This document shows, one piece after another, positions 54,599-63,053 of a stretch of 64,000 nt of DNA. Position numbers and translations under genes: made by a program. The notes beneath the pieces are model-generated. The model was not told the DNA's origin and made no database searches. It saw only the letters and a list, made by a program, of their open reading frames with translations. Each line of letters starts with the position of its first letter. Position 1 is the first letter of the stretch. This stretch comes from Acidobacteriota bacterium. GTDB lineage: Bacteria > Acidobacteriota > Vicinamibacteria > Vicinamibacterales > JAFNAJ01. The stretch spans positions 2,461 to 66,460 of the forward strand of contig JAHDVP010000020.1 of assembly GCA_023384575.1 (NCBI GenBank), read 5' to 3'.

Positions 54599-57500
54599 AT
54601 GGCAACCGTGCTCACCAGAACGCGTACTACCATTGTGGCCCTGCTGCTGGCCGTCTTCGCCATCGGCGCGGCCCCGGCCTTCGCCCAGTTCGACACCGCC
54701 ACGGTCGTCGGCACCGTGCGCGACAACACCGGGGGCGTCGTCCCCGGCGCCACCGTGACGCTGACCAGCCTCGATACGGGCATCGAGGCCATTCGCATCA
54801 CCGACGAGAACGGCAACTTCGAGTTCATCACGGTGCGCATCGGCCGGTACAAGGTCACGGCCGAACTCGACGGCTTCGCGCTCGCGCTGGCCGACAACGT
54901 GCAGGTCACCGTCGGCACCCGCCAGCGTGTCGACCTGCGCCTCGAGCCGGGCGCCATCACGGAGACGGTGGAGGTCGTGGGCGCCGTCACGCGCCTCGAA
55001 ACCGACACCAGCCAGCGCGGCCAACTGATCACGGCCGAACAGGTGGTGGAACTGCCGCTCAACGGCCGTGAGTACTCGAGCTTGGCGCTCTTGAGCCCCG
55101 GCGTGCGCCTGTCGGCGCTCAACACCGGGTCGGCGCAGACGGTCCGTGAAGGCTCGTTCAACATCAACGGCCTGCGGAGCACCTTCAACAACTTCCTGCT
55201 CGACGGGCTCGACAACAACGCGTACGGCACGAGCAACCAGGGCTTCAGCAACCAGGTGATGCAGCCCTCGCCCGACGCGGTGGCCGAGTTCCGCGTCGTC
55301 ACCAACAACATGAGCGCGGAGTACGGGCGCAGCGCCGGCGCGACGATCAACGTCGCTTACCGGAGCGGCACCAACCAGTTCCGCGGGGCGGCCTGGGAGT
55401 TCTTCCGCGACACCAAGCTCAATGCGACCGGGTTCTTCAAGCCCTCGACGGGCGAGAAGCCGCCGATGCGCCGCGACCAGTTCGGTGGCACGTTCGGTGG
55501 ACCCGTCGTGCGCAACAAGGCGTTCTTCTTCGCCGACTACGAGGGCTTCCGTCAGACGCGCGAACTCGTCGCGTTTCAGACGATCCCGACGCCGGCGCAG
55601 CGCCAGGGCATCCTCGCGGTCGACGTGCGCAACCCGCTCACCGGCGTCACCTACCCGGCGGGCACGCCCATCCCGATGACCAACTTCGCGCGCAGGGTGC
55701 TGAGCGGCCTGCCCGATCCGAACCTCCCGGGCACCGGCAACAACTACACGTTCCTGCAGCAGTTCAAGAACGACAACGACAAGTACAACGGCAAGGTCGA
55801 CATCCAGATCAGCCCGGCGCTCTCGGCGTTTGCGCGCTACGGGTACCGTAACGCGGATCTCTTCGACTCGCCGCCGCTGCCGCTGCCGTCGGGTGGCGCC
55901 GGCAACGCGTTCACCTACGTGACCAACAAGCAGTTCGCGTCGGGCTTCACGTGGGCCCGGTCGAGCACGTCGCTGCTCGAAGGCCGCCTCGGCTGGTCGT
56001 ACACGATCGCCGGCAAGGACCCGCACGCGCTCGGCACCGAGGACGCGCTGTCGGCCTACGGGATCTCTGGCCTGCCCACCGACCCGCGCGTCGCGGGCGG
56101 CCTGCCGACGCAGTTGATCAGCGGCTTCTCGGATCTCGGGCGACAGGCCACCAACCCGCAGTGGCAGTACCCGGAGGTGTGGAACCCGAAGATCAACTAC
56201 ACGTGGGTGGTCGGGCGGCACTCGCTCAAGACCGGCTACGAGTACCAGTACATCGCGACCGAAGTGCAGGACGTCAACCCGCTGTACGGGCGCGACACCT
56301 ACAACGGGCAGTTCTCGCGGCCGACAGGTGTTGCCGCCAACAACATCTACAACCTGTCCGACTTCATGTTCGGCCTGCGCGCCAACTACGCGCTGAGCAC
56401 GTTCCTCATCGCCAACCTCCGCCAGCAGATGCACTTCACGTACATCCAGGACGACTGGCGCGTGAACGACAACCTCACGCTCAACGTCGGCCTGCGGTAC
56501 GAGTACGCGACGCCGTGGTACGAGAAGGACAACATCATGTCCAACTACGACCCGGTCACCAACTCGATGGTGCTCGCGCGTGACGGTTCGCTGCGGGATC
56601 GTGCGCTGATGAAGCCGGACCGCAACAACTTCGGCCCGCGGGTCGGCTTCGCCTACACGCTCACGCCACGCACGGTGGCCCGCGGCGGCTACGGCGTGAG
56701 CTACATCCACTTCCACCGGGCGGGCGGCGCCAACGTGCTCTCGATCAACGGCCCGCAGTCGGTGACGGCGGTCGTCCAGCAGTCGCCCGCGACGCCCGGG
56801 TTCCGGACGACCCAGGAAGGCTACCCCGAGGGGTTCACCGACCCGTCGCGCTTCAACCCGCTCGCGGCCAACATCACGTACATGCCCGAGGACTACCACT
56901 CGAGCAAGGTGCAGAGCTACTACGTGTCGGTGCAGCGAGAGATCGCGCAGAACATGGTCTTCGACGTGGCCTATGTGGGTAATCGCGCCGACGGCCTGCT
57001 GCTCTTCGCCAACTTCAACCAGGCCGCGCCGAACAACCCGCAGGGCACGATCCCGCTGGCCCAGCGGCGGCCGATTCCGGGCTTCGCCGACATCACCTAC
57101 TCGTTCAACGGCGGCAAGTCGCGGTACAACGCGCTGCAGTTCAAGTACGAGTACCGCCTGCGCCGCGGCGTCATGCTGCTCAGCTCGTTCACCTGGTCGA
57201 AGGCCAAGGACAACGGCTCGGGCTCGCTCGAGGGCCAGGGCCAGGGGCCGCAGAACTTCTACGATCTCGAGGACAGCTACGGGACCTCGTTCTACGACCA
57301 GCCGTACAACAGCACGACGAGTTTCGTGTGGACGCTGCCCGTCGGTCGGGGACAGCGGTGGCTCGCCGACGCGAACGCGTTCGTGGACGCGCTCCTCGGC
57401 GGCTGGACGGTGAGCGGCATCAACACGATGACGTCCGGTGAAGCCACCTCGCTCACCTACTCGCCGGCCGCGGCGTTCCAGGTGTCGGGGATTTCACAGG

Positions 57501-57871
57501 ACTTCCGTGGTGCCAACTTCTATCGCGCCAACCTCAACGGCGACCCGTATGGCGACAAGAATTCGGTGACGAACTACCTGAGCCGCGATACCGTCACCGT
57601 CCCGACCGACCCCAGCCAGCCGTTCGGCAACTCGCCGCGGAACGTCGTCCGCGGGCCGCGGTTCTGGCAGGTCGACTTCGTGGCCTCGAAGGACTTCCGG
57701 CTGCCGATTGGCGACCAGACGCGTGTGCAGTTCCGGTTCGAGGCATTCAACCTGCTGAACAAGACGAACTTCCGTTCGCCGAATGCCAACCGGAGCTCGG
57801 CCAACTTCGGCACGATCACCTCGACCTTCGACGCGCGCCAGATGCAACTCGGCGTGAAGGTCACCTTCTAG
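54599..57871 (+). CDS. TonB-dependent outer-membrane receptor with N-terminal CarboxypepD_reg-like domain
   Basis: Signal peptide ...AAPAFAQ. VVGTVRDNTGGVVPGATVTL...NGNFEF...GRYKVTAELDGF. Plug region ELPLNGREYSSLALLSPGV. C-terminal beta-barrel ends in ...QLGVKVTF. Confidence 0.9.
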   Translation: MATVLTRTRTTIVALLLAVFAIGAAPAFAQFDTATVVGTVRDNTGGVVPGATVTLTSLDTGIEAIRITDENGNFEFITVRIGRYKVTAELDGFALALADNVQVTVGTRQRVDLRLEPGAITETVEVVGAVTRLETDTSQRGQLITAEQVVELPLNGREYSSLALLSPGVRLSALNTGSAQTVREGSFNINGLRSTFNNFLLDGLDNNAYGTSNQGFSNQVMQPSPDAVAEFRVVTNNMSAEYGRSAGATINVAYRSGTNQFRGAAWEFFRDTKLNATGFFKPSTGEKPPMRRDQFGGTFGGPVVRNKAFFFADYEGFRQTRELVAFQTIPTPAQRQGILAVDVRNPLTGVTYPAGTPIPMTNFARRVLSGLPDPNLPGTGNNYTFLQQFKNDNDKYNGKVDIQISPALSAFARYGYRNADLFDSPPLPLPSGGAGNAFTYVTNKQFASGFTWARSSTSLLEGRLGWSYTIAGKDPHALGTEDALSAYGISGLPTDPRVAGGLPTQLISGFSDLGRQATNPQWQYPEVWNPKINYTWVVGRHSLKTGYEYQYIATEVQDVNPLYGRDTYNGQFSRPTGVAANNIYNLSDFMFGLRANYALSTFLIANLRQQMHFTYIQDDWRVNDNLTLNVGLRYEYATPWYEKDNIMSNYDPVTNSMVLARDGSLRDRALMKPDRNNFGPRVGFAYTLTPRTVARGGYGVSYIHFHRAGGANVLSINGPQSVTAVVQQSPATPGFRTTQEGYPEGFTDPSRFNPLAANITYMPEDYHSSKVQSYYVSVQREIAQNMVFDVAYVGNRADGLLLFANFNQAAPNNPQGTIPLAQRRPIPGFADITYSFNGGKSRYNALQFKYEYRLRRGVMLLSSFTWSKAKDNGSGSLEGQGQGPQNFYDLEDSYGTSFYDQPYNSTTSFVWTLPVGRGQRWLADANAFVDALLGGWTVSGINTMTSGEATSLTYSPAAAFQVSGISQDFRGANFYRANLNGDPYGDKNSVTNYLSRDTVTVPTDPSQPFGNSPRNVVRGPRFWQVDFVASKDFRLPIGDQTRVQFRFEAFNLLNKTNFRSPNANRSSANFGTITSTFDARQMQLGVKVTF

Positions 57872-57877
57872 TCCCGT

Positions 57878-57920
57878 GGGGTCAGGTCTTGAATCGTGGC
57901 GTTTTTCACGACCTGACCCC
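57878..57920 (+). repeat. 43-bp palindromic extragenic repeat, copy 1
   Basis: GGGGTCAGGTCTTGAAtcgtggcgtttTTCACGACCTGACCCC. Flanking cgt/acg extend the stem (57875-57923). Starts 6 nt after the receptor TAG stop. Confidence 0.9.
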
Positions 57921-58000
57921 ACGCTCCCCTCACGGATCGTTGGCCGGGGCGGGGCGTCGGCCTCGCCCCAGGCCGCGCCCGACACCGCGTCGAGCCGCGG

Positions 58001-58780
58001 TCAGCGGGCCGGGAACCGGCGGCCGATGAACAGGTCGTAGATCCAGCCGCCAAGCACGCCCCCAACGAGCGGCCCGACAATGGGCACCCACCACCAGGCA
58101 TTTCCAGCGCGGAACACTTCGGCACCCCAGCCGCCGACGAAGGTGAAGAGCCGGGGACCGATGTCGCGCGCGGGGTTGATGGCGTATCCGGAGTTGAAGC
58201 CGAACGCCGCGCCGATGCCGACGACGAGCAGCCCGACGATGAACGGCGTCAGCCACGCGGGCGGCGCCGCGTTGCGCGCGTCGACGATGCCGAAGAGGAC
58301 GCCGACGAGGATGGCCGTCCCCACGACCTGGTCGATGAGCCCACCAGGGAAGGTGCTGAGGTGAGCCTGCGGGTAGGTCGAGAAGATGAACGCCGTCGCC
58401 TGGGGACCCGTCACCTGCCGCAGGCCGCCGTCGAAGGCCGCGAAGGCCTCGTGGTAGGTGATGTAGACGATGAGCGAGCCCGTGAAGGCGCCCGCAATCT
58501 GCGCCACGCTGTAGGGCAGCACCTTGCGCCACGGGAAGCCGCGGTGTACGGCGAGCGCGAGTGTGACAGCCGGGTTGATGTGCGCGCCCGACACGCCGCC
58601 GGCCACGTAACAGCCCATGGCGACGCCAAGCCCCCACGTCAGGTTGATGGCGAGGTAACTGCCGTTGGCGCCGCCGCTCAGCACCACCTGCGCGACGACG
58701 CCCGCACCGAAGAGAATGAGGACACAGGTGCCGAGAAACTCGGCCAGGACTTCACGCAGGATCCCGTCGTTGTCTGCCAT
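58001..58780 (-). CDS. glpF: Aquaglyceroporin (MIP family glycerol facilitator)
   Basis: Two NPA boxes: SGAHINPAVT and GYAINPARD. Six hydrophobic helices. Confidence 0.95.
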   Translation of the reverse strand: MADNDGILREVLAEFLGTCVLILFGAGVVAQVVLSGGANGSYLAINLTWGLGVAMGCYVAGGVSGAHINPAVTLALAVHRGFPWRKVLPYSVAQIAGAFTGSLIVYITYHEAFAAFDGGLRQVTGPQATAFIFSTYPQAHLSTFPGGLIDQVVGTAILVGVLFGIVDARNAAPPAWLTPFIVGLLVVGIGAAFGFNSGYAINPARDIGPRLFTFVGGWGAEVFRAGNAWWWVPIVGPLVGGVLGGWIYDLFIGRRFPAR

Positions 58781-58832
58781 GTGGCTGCCCCTCGTCAGGA
58801 ACGAAATGGCGGGCAGTATATCGTGTTCCCCC

Positions 58833-58867
58833 GGGTTCCGGGTTGTGGGTGCTGGGTGCTGGATTGG
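58833..58867 (+). repeat. Heptamer-periodic G-tract block containing a canonical G-quadruplex motif (G3N4)x4
   Basis: GGGTTCC GGGTTGT GGGTGCT GGGTGCT GGATTGG. The stretch GGGttccGGGttgtGGGtgctGGG spans 58833-58856. It lies in the glpF-glpD divergent intergenic region. Confidence 0.8.
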
Positions 58868-58899
58868 CCGTTGACCGGGCGCGGGCCATCACTCCCATC

Positions 58900-58976
58900 G
58901 CCTGTGGCCTGCAGCCTGTGGCCTGCAGCCTGTGGCCTGTCCCTGTAGCCAGTAGCCTGTCGCCAGTCACCTGTCC
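58900..58976. repeat. Heptanucleotide tandem-repeat array (11 units, GCCTGYR decaying to CCWGTNN) ending 2 nt before the glpD RBS
   Basis: Units: GCCTGTG GCCTGCA GCCTGTG GCCTGCA GCCTGTG GCCTGTC CCTGTAG CCAGTAG CCTGTCG CCAGTCA CCTGTCC. The 14-bp higher-order unit occurs 2.5 times. Confidence 0.9.
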
Positions 58977-58990
58977 TTGAGGAGGTCACC

Positions 58991-60553
58991 GTGAATCGCC
59001 AGGAGATGTTCGATCGGCTCGTCGAGCGCGAGACCCCGTGGGACATCGTAGTGGTGGGGGGTGGCGCCACGGGGGTGGGCATTGCCGTCGACGCGGCGTC
59101 GCGCGGCTACGCGGTGGCCCTGCTCGAGCAGAGCGACTTCGGCAAGGGCACGTCGAGCCGCAGCACCAAACTCGTGCACGGCGGCGTGCGCTACCTGGAG
59201 CAGGGCAACATCTCGCTGGTGATGGAGGCGCTGCGCGAACGCGGCATCCTGCGGCAGAATGCGCCGCACCTCGTGAGCAACCTGGCCTTCGTCGTGCCGA
59301 ACTACGACTGGTGGGAGGCGCCGTTCTACGGCCTCGGCCTCAAGGTCTACAACGTGCTCGCCGGTAAGTACGGTTTCGGCCACTCGGAGATCCTGTCGCG
59401 CGAGGAAACGCTCGAGCGCCTGCCGACCATCAAGACCGAGGGCCTGCGTGGGGGCGTCGTCTACTACGATGGCCAGTTCGACGACTCGCGCCTGCTGATC
59501 AACCTCGTGCAAACGGCGGCCGAACAGGGCGCGGTACTGCTCAACTACGTGCAGGTCGTGGGGCTCGAGAAGGGCGCCGACGGCTTCGTCGACGGCATCG
59601 TCGCGCGCGACGTCGAGACCGGGCGTGAGTTGCGCGTGCGCGGCACGATCGTCATCAACGCGACAGGAGCGTTTGCCGACGGCGTTCGACGGCTCGCGGA
59701 GCCGAACGCCGCGGCGCTCATCGCGCCCAGCCAGGGCATCCACCTGGTGTTCGACCGCTCGTTCCTGCCGGGTGAGAGCGCGATCATGGTGCCGCACACG
59801 CGCGATGGCCGCGTCATGTTCGCAATTCCGTGGCACGGGCACACGCTCGTCGGAACGACCGACACGCCCATCGACGCGCCGTCGCTCGAACCGCGTCCGT
59901 TCGAGGAGGAAATCGCGTTCATCCTCGAGACGGCGGCGCAGTACCTGCACAAGGCGCCGACACGGGCCGACGTGCTGAGCGTGTTCGTCGGCATCCGCCC
60001 GCTCGTGCGCAGCGGCGACAGCAAGCTCACCGCGGCGCTCTCGCGCGACCACACCATCCACATCGACGCCTCGGGCCTGCTGACGACGGCCGGCGGCAAG
60101 TGGACGACCTACCGGCAGATGGCCGAGGACACGGTGAGCCAGGCGGCGGAGCTCGCCCGCCTGCCCGAGAAGCCGTGCGTGACGAAAACGCTGAACATCC
60201 ACGGGTTCCTGACGCACGGCGAACGGTTCGGCCCCCTCAGCGTCTACGGGTCGGACGCGCTCGCCATCCAGGACCTGATGCGCGCCGACCCGACGCTCGC
60301 GGAGCCGCTGCACGCCGCGTTGCCCTACACGCGCGCCGAGGTCGTGTGGGCCGCGCGCATCGAGGCCGCGCGCACGGTGGAAGACGTCCTCTCCCGGCGA
60401 TGCCGCGCGCTGGTGCTGAACGCGAAGGCGGCGGCCGCGATGGCCCCCGAGGTGGGGGCCATCATGGCGCGCGAGCTGGGGTGGAGCGCGGAGCGCCAGC
60501 GTCAGGAAGTGGAGGCGTTCACCGCGCTGGCGGAGCGATACCAGGTGAACTGA
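58991..60553 (+). CDS. glpD: FAD-dependent glycerol-3-phosphate dehydrogenase
   Basis: GTG start after GAGGAGG (58979-58985). DIVVVGGGATGVGIAVDAASRGYAVALLEQSDFGKGTSSRSTKLVHGGVRYL. Confidence 0.93.
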   Translation: MNRQEMFDRLVERETPWDIVVVGGGATGVGIAVDAASRGYAVALLEQSDFGKGTSSRSTKLVHGGVRYLEQGNISLVMEALRERGILRQNAPHLVSNLAFVVPNYDWWEAPFYGLGLKVYNVLAGKYGFGHSEILSREETLERLPTIKTEGLRGGVVYYDGQFDDSRLLINLVQTAAEQGAVLLNYVQVVGLEKGADGFVDGIVARDVETGRELRVRGTIVINATGAFADGVRRLAEPNAAALIAPSQGIHLVFDRSFLPGESAIMVPHTRDGRVMFAIPWHGHTLVGTTDTPIDAPSLEPRPFEEEIAFILETAAQYLHKAPTRADVLSVFVGIRPLVRSGDSKLTAALSRDHTIHIDASGLLTTAGGKWTTYRQMAEDTVSQAAELARLPEKPCVTKTLNIHGFLTHGERFGPLSVYGSDALAIQDLMRADPTLAEPLHAALPYTRAEVVWAARIEAARTVEDVLSRRCRALVLNAKAAAAMAPEVGAIMARELGWSAERQRQEVEAFTALAERYQVN

Positions 60554-60583
60554 TCGGCGGTCTGGCGACCCGCCCCGCCCGTC

Positions 60584-61252
60584 TCACGGCTTGGGCTGCG
60601 GGACGTAGCGCAGGTACGGGCGCGGCGCACGCCAGCCCTCGGGGAACTTCTCCTTCGCCTCGGCGTCGGACACGGCCGTCAGGATGATCACCTCGTCGCC
60701 ATCGCGCCAGTTCACCGGCGTTGCGACCTTGTGCCTGGCGGTGAGCTGCATCGAGTCGATGACCCGCAGCACCTCGTCGAAGTTGCGTCCCGTGCTCATC
60801 GGGTACGAGATCACGAGCTTGATCTTCTTGTCGGGCCCGATGACGTAGACGTTGCGCACCGTCTGGTTGTCGGCGGCCGTGCGCCCTTCACATGTCTCGC
60901 CGGCTTCGGCCGGCAGCATGCCATAGAGCTTCGACACCTTCAGGTCGGCATCGCCAATCATCGGGTAGTTGGGTGCGTGCCCCTGCGTCTCTTCGATGTC
61001 CTTCGACCAGCCATGATGGCTCTCGACGGGATCGACGCTGAGGCCGATGATCTTCACGTGACGACGCTCGAACTCAGGCTTGATGCGCGCCATGTAGCCA
61101 AGCTCCGTCGTGCACACGGGCGTGAAGTCCTTGGGGTGGCTGAAGAGCACGCCCCACGAATCGCCGAGCCACTCGTGGAAGCGGATGCGGCCTTCCGTGG
61201 TCATGGCCTCGAAGTCGGGGGCGTCGGAACCGATGGGGAGGGGGCCACTCAT
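60584..61252 (-). CDS. 1-Cys peroxiredoxin (Prx6-like)
   Basis: Start at ATG (complement 61250-61252) after GGAGGA. SHPKDFTPVCTTEL holds the peroxidatic Cys. Track ORF extension to 61441 rejected. Confidence 0.92.
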   Translation of the reverse strand: MSGPLPIGSDAPDFEAMTTEGRIRFHEWLGDSWGVLFSHPKDFTPVCTTELGYMARIKPEFERRHVKIIGLSVDPVESHHGWSKDIEETQGHAPNYPMIGDADLKVSKLYGMLPAEAGETCEGRTAADNQTVRNVYVIGPDKKIKLVISYPMSTGRNFDEVLRVIDSMQLTARHKVATPVNWRDGDEVIILTAVSDAEAKEKFPEGWRAPRPYLRYVPQPKP

Positions 61253-61431
61253 GTTCGTTCCTCCGAAGACGCGGTTGGTGAGTCGAGACGGCAACGCCGG
61301 CAACGGGTCGGGCCGCCGCTGACTGGCTGGAAGCCTCCATTGTAGATCAGTGAAGTGACGGCCCTGGCACGACGCCGCCGGTCGTGGCACACTGCCAGGC
61401 ATCGCGCGCCCCTCGGCCGCGCGGATCGCCC

Positions 61432-62235
61432 ATGGCCTCACCCCCCACCTCGTCGGTACGTCTGCGCTCCATCGCCCTGCCCGTCGAGCACGGCGGGTGG
61501 GGCCTGCTCGCGACGCCGATCCTGCTCGGCCTCGTCGTGGCCCCTTCGGCGTCGGGGGCGTGGCTCGCCCTCGCCGCGACCGGCGCGTTCCTCGCGCGCC
61601 AACCCCTGCGACTCGCGCTCGGCGACTGGCAACGTGGCAAGTGGTACCCGCGCACGGCGTGGGCCTGGCGCCTGGCGCTGGCGTTCGCGGCGCTGGCGCT
61701 CGTGGGCGTGGGGCTTGCCTGGTTCACGACGACTCACGCGTTCTGGCTGCCGCTCGCCGTCGCGGCCCCGCTCGCGATCGTGCAGTTCGCCTACGATCTC
61801 CGCGGCGACGGGCGCGCGTTCGTCGCGGAAGTGAGCGGGGCGACCTCGCTCGGTTCGCTCGCCGCCGCCATGGCGATGGCCGCCGGGTGGCCGCTGGCCC
61901 CGTCGGCCGTGCTGTGGGCGCTGCTGTCGGTTCAGGCCGTTGGCGCGATCCTCTACGTCTCGGCGCGGCTGCGCCTCGCGCGCGGCACCCTGGCCCGTCG
62001 CGCTCCCGCGTGGCTCGCGCATGCCGCCGCGCTCGTGCTCTCGGTCGCGCTCGCCGCGGCCGGGCATGCGCCCTGGCTGGCCGGGGTCGCGTTTCTCGTC
62101 CTGACTGCGCGGGCCGTCGTGGGGCTGTGGCCGCCGCACGGGGGAACGCGCACCACCGTCGTCGGGTTCCAGGAGGTGGGTGCGAGCCTGCTGCTCGTCG
62201 CCAGTCTGGCCCTCGGCTATCATCTCGACTGGTGA
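61432..62235 (+). CDS. Polytopic membrane protein, YwiC-like
   Basis: Start at ATG 61432. N-terminus LPVEHGGWGLLATPILLGL resembles the YwiC-family QHGAW motif. About 8 hydrophobic helices. Family call is tentative. Confidence 0.55.
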   Translation: MASPPTSSVRLRSIALPVEHGGWGLLATPILLGLVVAPSASGAWLALAATGAFLARQPLRLALGDWQRGKWYPRTAWAWRLALAFAALALVGVGLAWFTTTHAFWLPLAVAAPLAIVQFAYDLRGDGRAFVAEVSGATSLGSLAAAMAMAAGWPLAPSAVLWALLSVQAVGAILYVSARLRLARGTLARRAPAWLAHAAALVLSVALAAAGHAPWLAGVAFLVLTARAVVGLWPPHGGTRTTVVGFQEVGASLLLVASLALGYHLDW

Positions 62236-62238
62236 GGC

Positions 62239-62281
62239 GGGGTCAGGTCTTGAATCTGCGGTTTTTTCACAACCTGACCCC
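62239..62281 (+). repeat. 43-bp palindromic extragenic repeat, copy 2
   Basis: GGGGTCAGGTCTTGAAtctgcggttttTTCACAACCTGACCCC. Starts 3 nt after the TGA of the YwiC-like gene. Confidence 0.9.
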
Positions 62282-62300
62282 GACCAGGAGTTGTCGTCCC

Positions 62301-62990
62301 GTGCTCCACGTGCGCCTCGCCATCCCGCTGACGTCTTCCCTGCTCGTCTTTTCGTCCTTCGTCCAACTTGCCGGGTCGATCCAGGCCCCCGCCACGGCGC
62401 CACCCTACGGCGCCGAGTCGCCGCAGGCCGTTGTGGCTGCTCTCGAGCGGGCCACGGCCTCGCACGACCCTGGCGCGATGGTCGCGCTGATCTCGCCGTC
62501 GGGTCGGCGTCAGCTCGCGCAGGAACTGGTCACGGACGTGCTGATCGTCCTCCGCATGACGAACCCAGACGGTCTGCCCCAGGGAATCCCACCGCGGCCA
62601 GCTACTGAGCTCGAGGTGGAGCGAACCACACACGGGAGGGCCGTCGACCTCGCGCGCCAGGCGCTCGCCCCGCACGGGCTCGACGAGTTCATCGGGAGTC
62701 CGCCGCTCGCCGACGATGTTGTGACGGCGATGGGCGCCGCGCTCGACCGCACCGACACCGTCCGGTTACTCGCAGCCGTGATCCCGCTGCTCGGACAACT
62801 GGGGGGCGTGCTCGGCTTCGAAGACGCTGCGCCACCGCCTTTTGTGATGGACCTCGGTCCTGTGACCGACTACGAGATCGCGAGCGATCGCGCCACCGCG
62901 AAGGCCGCATCGGAGACCCTCGAGTTCGAGCGGATCGACGGGCGGTGGTACCTCGCGCCGCCTGCGGGAGCGCCACCCGGTCGCCGATGA
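62301..62990 (+). CDS. Hypothetical exported protein
   Basis: GTG 62301 lies 10 nt after AGGAG (62286-62290). N-terminus VLHVRLAIPLTSSLLVFSSFVQLAGSIQA is a signal peptide. High GC3. The track ORF (from 61497) runs through the repeat and the previous gene. Confidence 0.6.
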   Translation: MLHVRLAIPLTSSLLVFSSFVQLAGSIQAPATAPPYGAESPQAVVAALERATASHDPGAMVALISPSGRRQLAQELVTDVLIVLRMTNPDGLPQGIPPRPATELEVERTTHGRAVDLARQALAPHGLDEFIGSPPLADDVVTAMGAALDRTDTVRLLAAVIPLLGQLGGVLGFEDAAPPPFVMDLGPVTDYEIASDRATAKAASETLEFERIDGRWYLAPPAGAPPGRR

Positions 62991-63004
62991 GCGGCGCCGC
63001 GGAG

Positions 63005-63047
63005 GGGGTCAGGTCGTGAAAACACCGCAGGTTCAAGACCTGACCCC
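63005..63047 (-). repeat. 43-bp palindromic extragenic repeat, copy 3 (inverted relative to copies 1-2)
   Basis: Plus strand: GGGGTCAGGTCGTGAAaacaccgcaggTTCAAGACCTGACCCC. Reverse complement: GGGGTCAGGTCTTGAAcctgcggtgttTTCACGACCTGACCCC. On the minus strand it starts 6 nt after the permease TGA stop. Confidence 0.9.
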
Positions 63048-63053
63048 AGGGGC

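Noticed and set aside
57878-63047. CRISPR interpretation of the repeated 43-mers, and of the heptamer arrays
   Set aside because: The 43-mer copies are kilobases apart with genes between them, one is inverted, and there are no spacers or cas genes. The heptamer arrays have no spacers at all.
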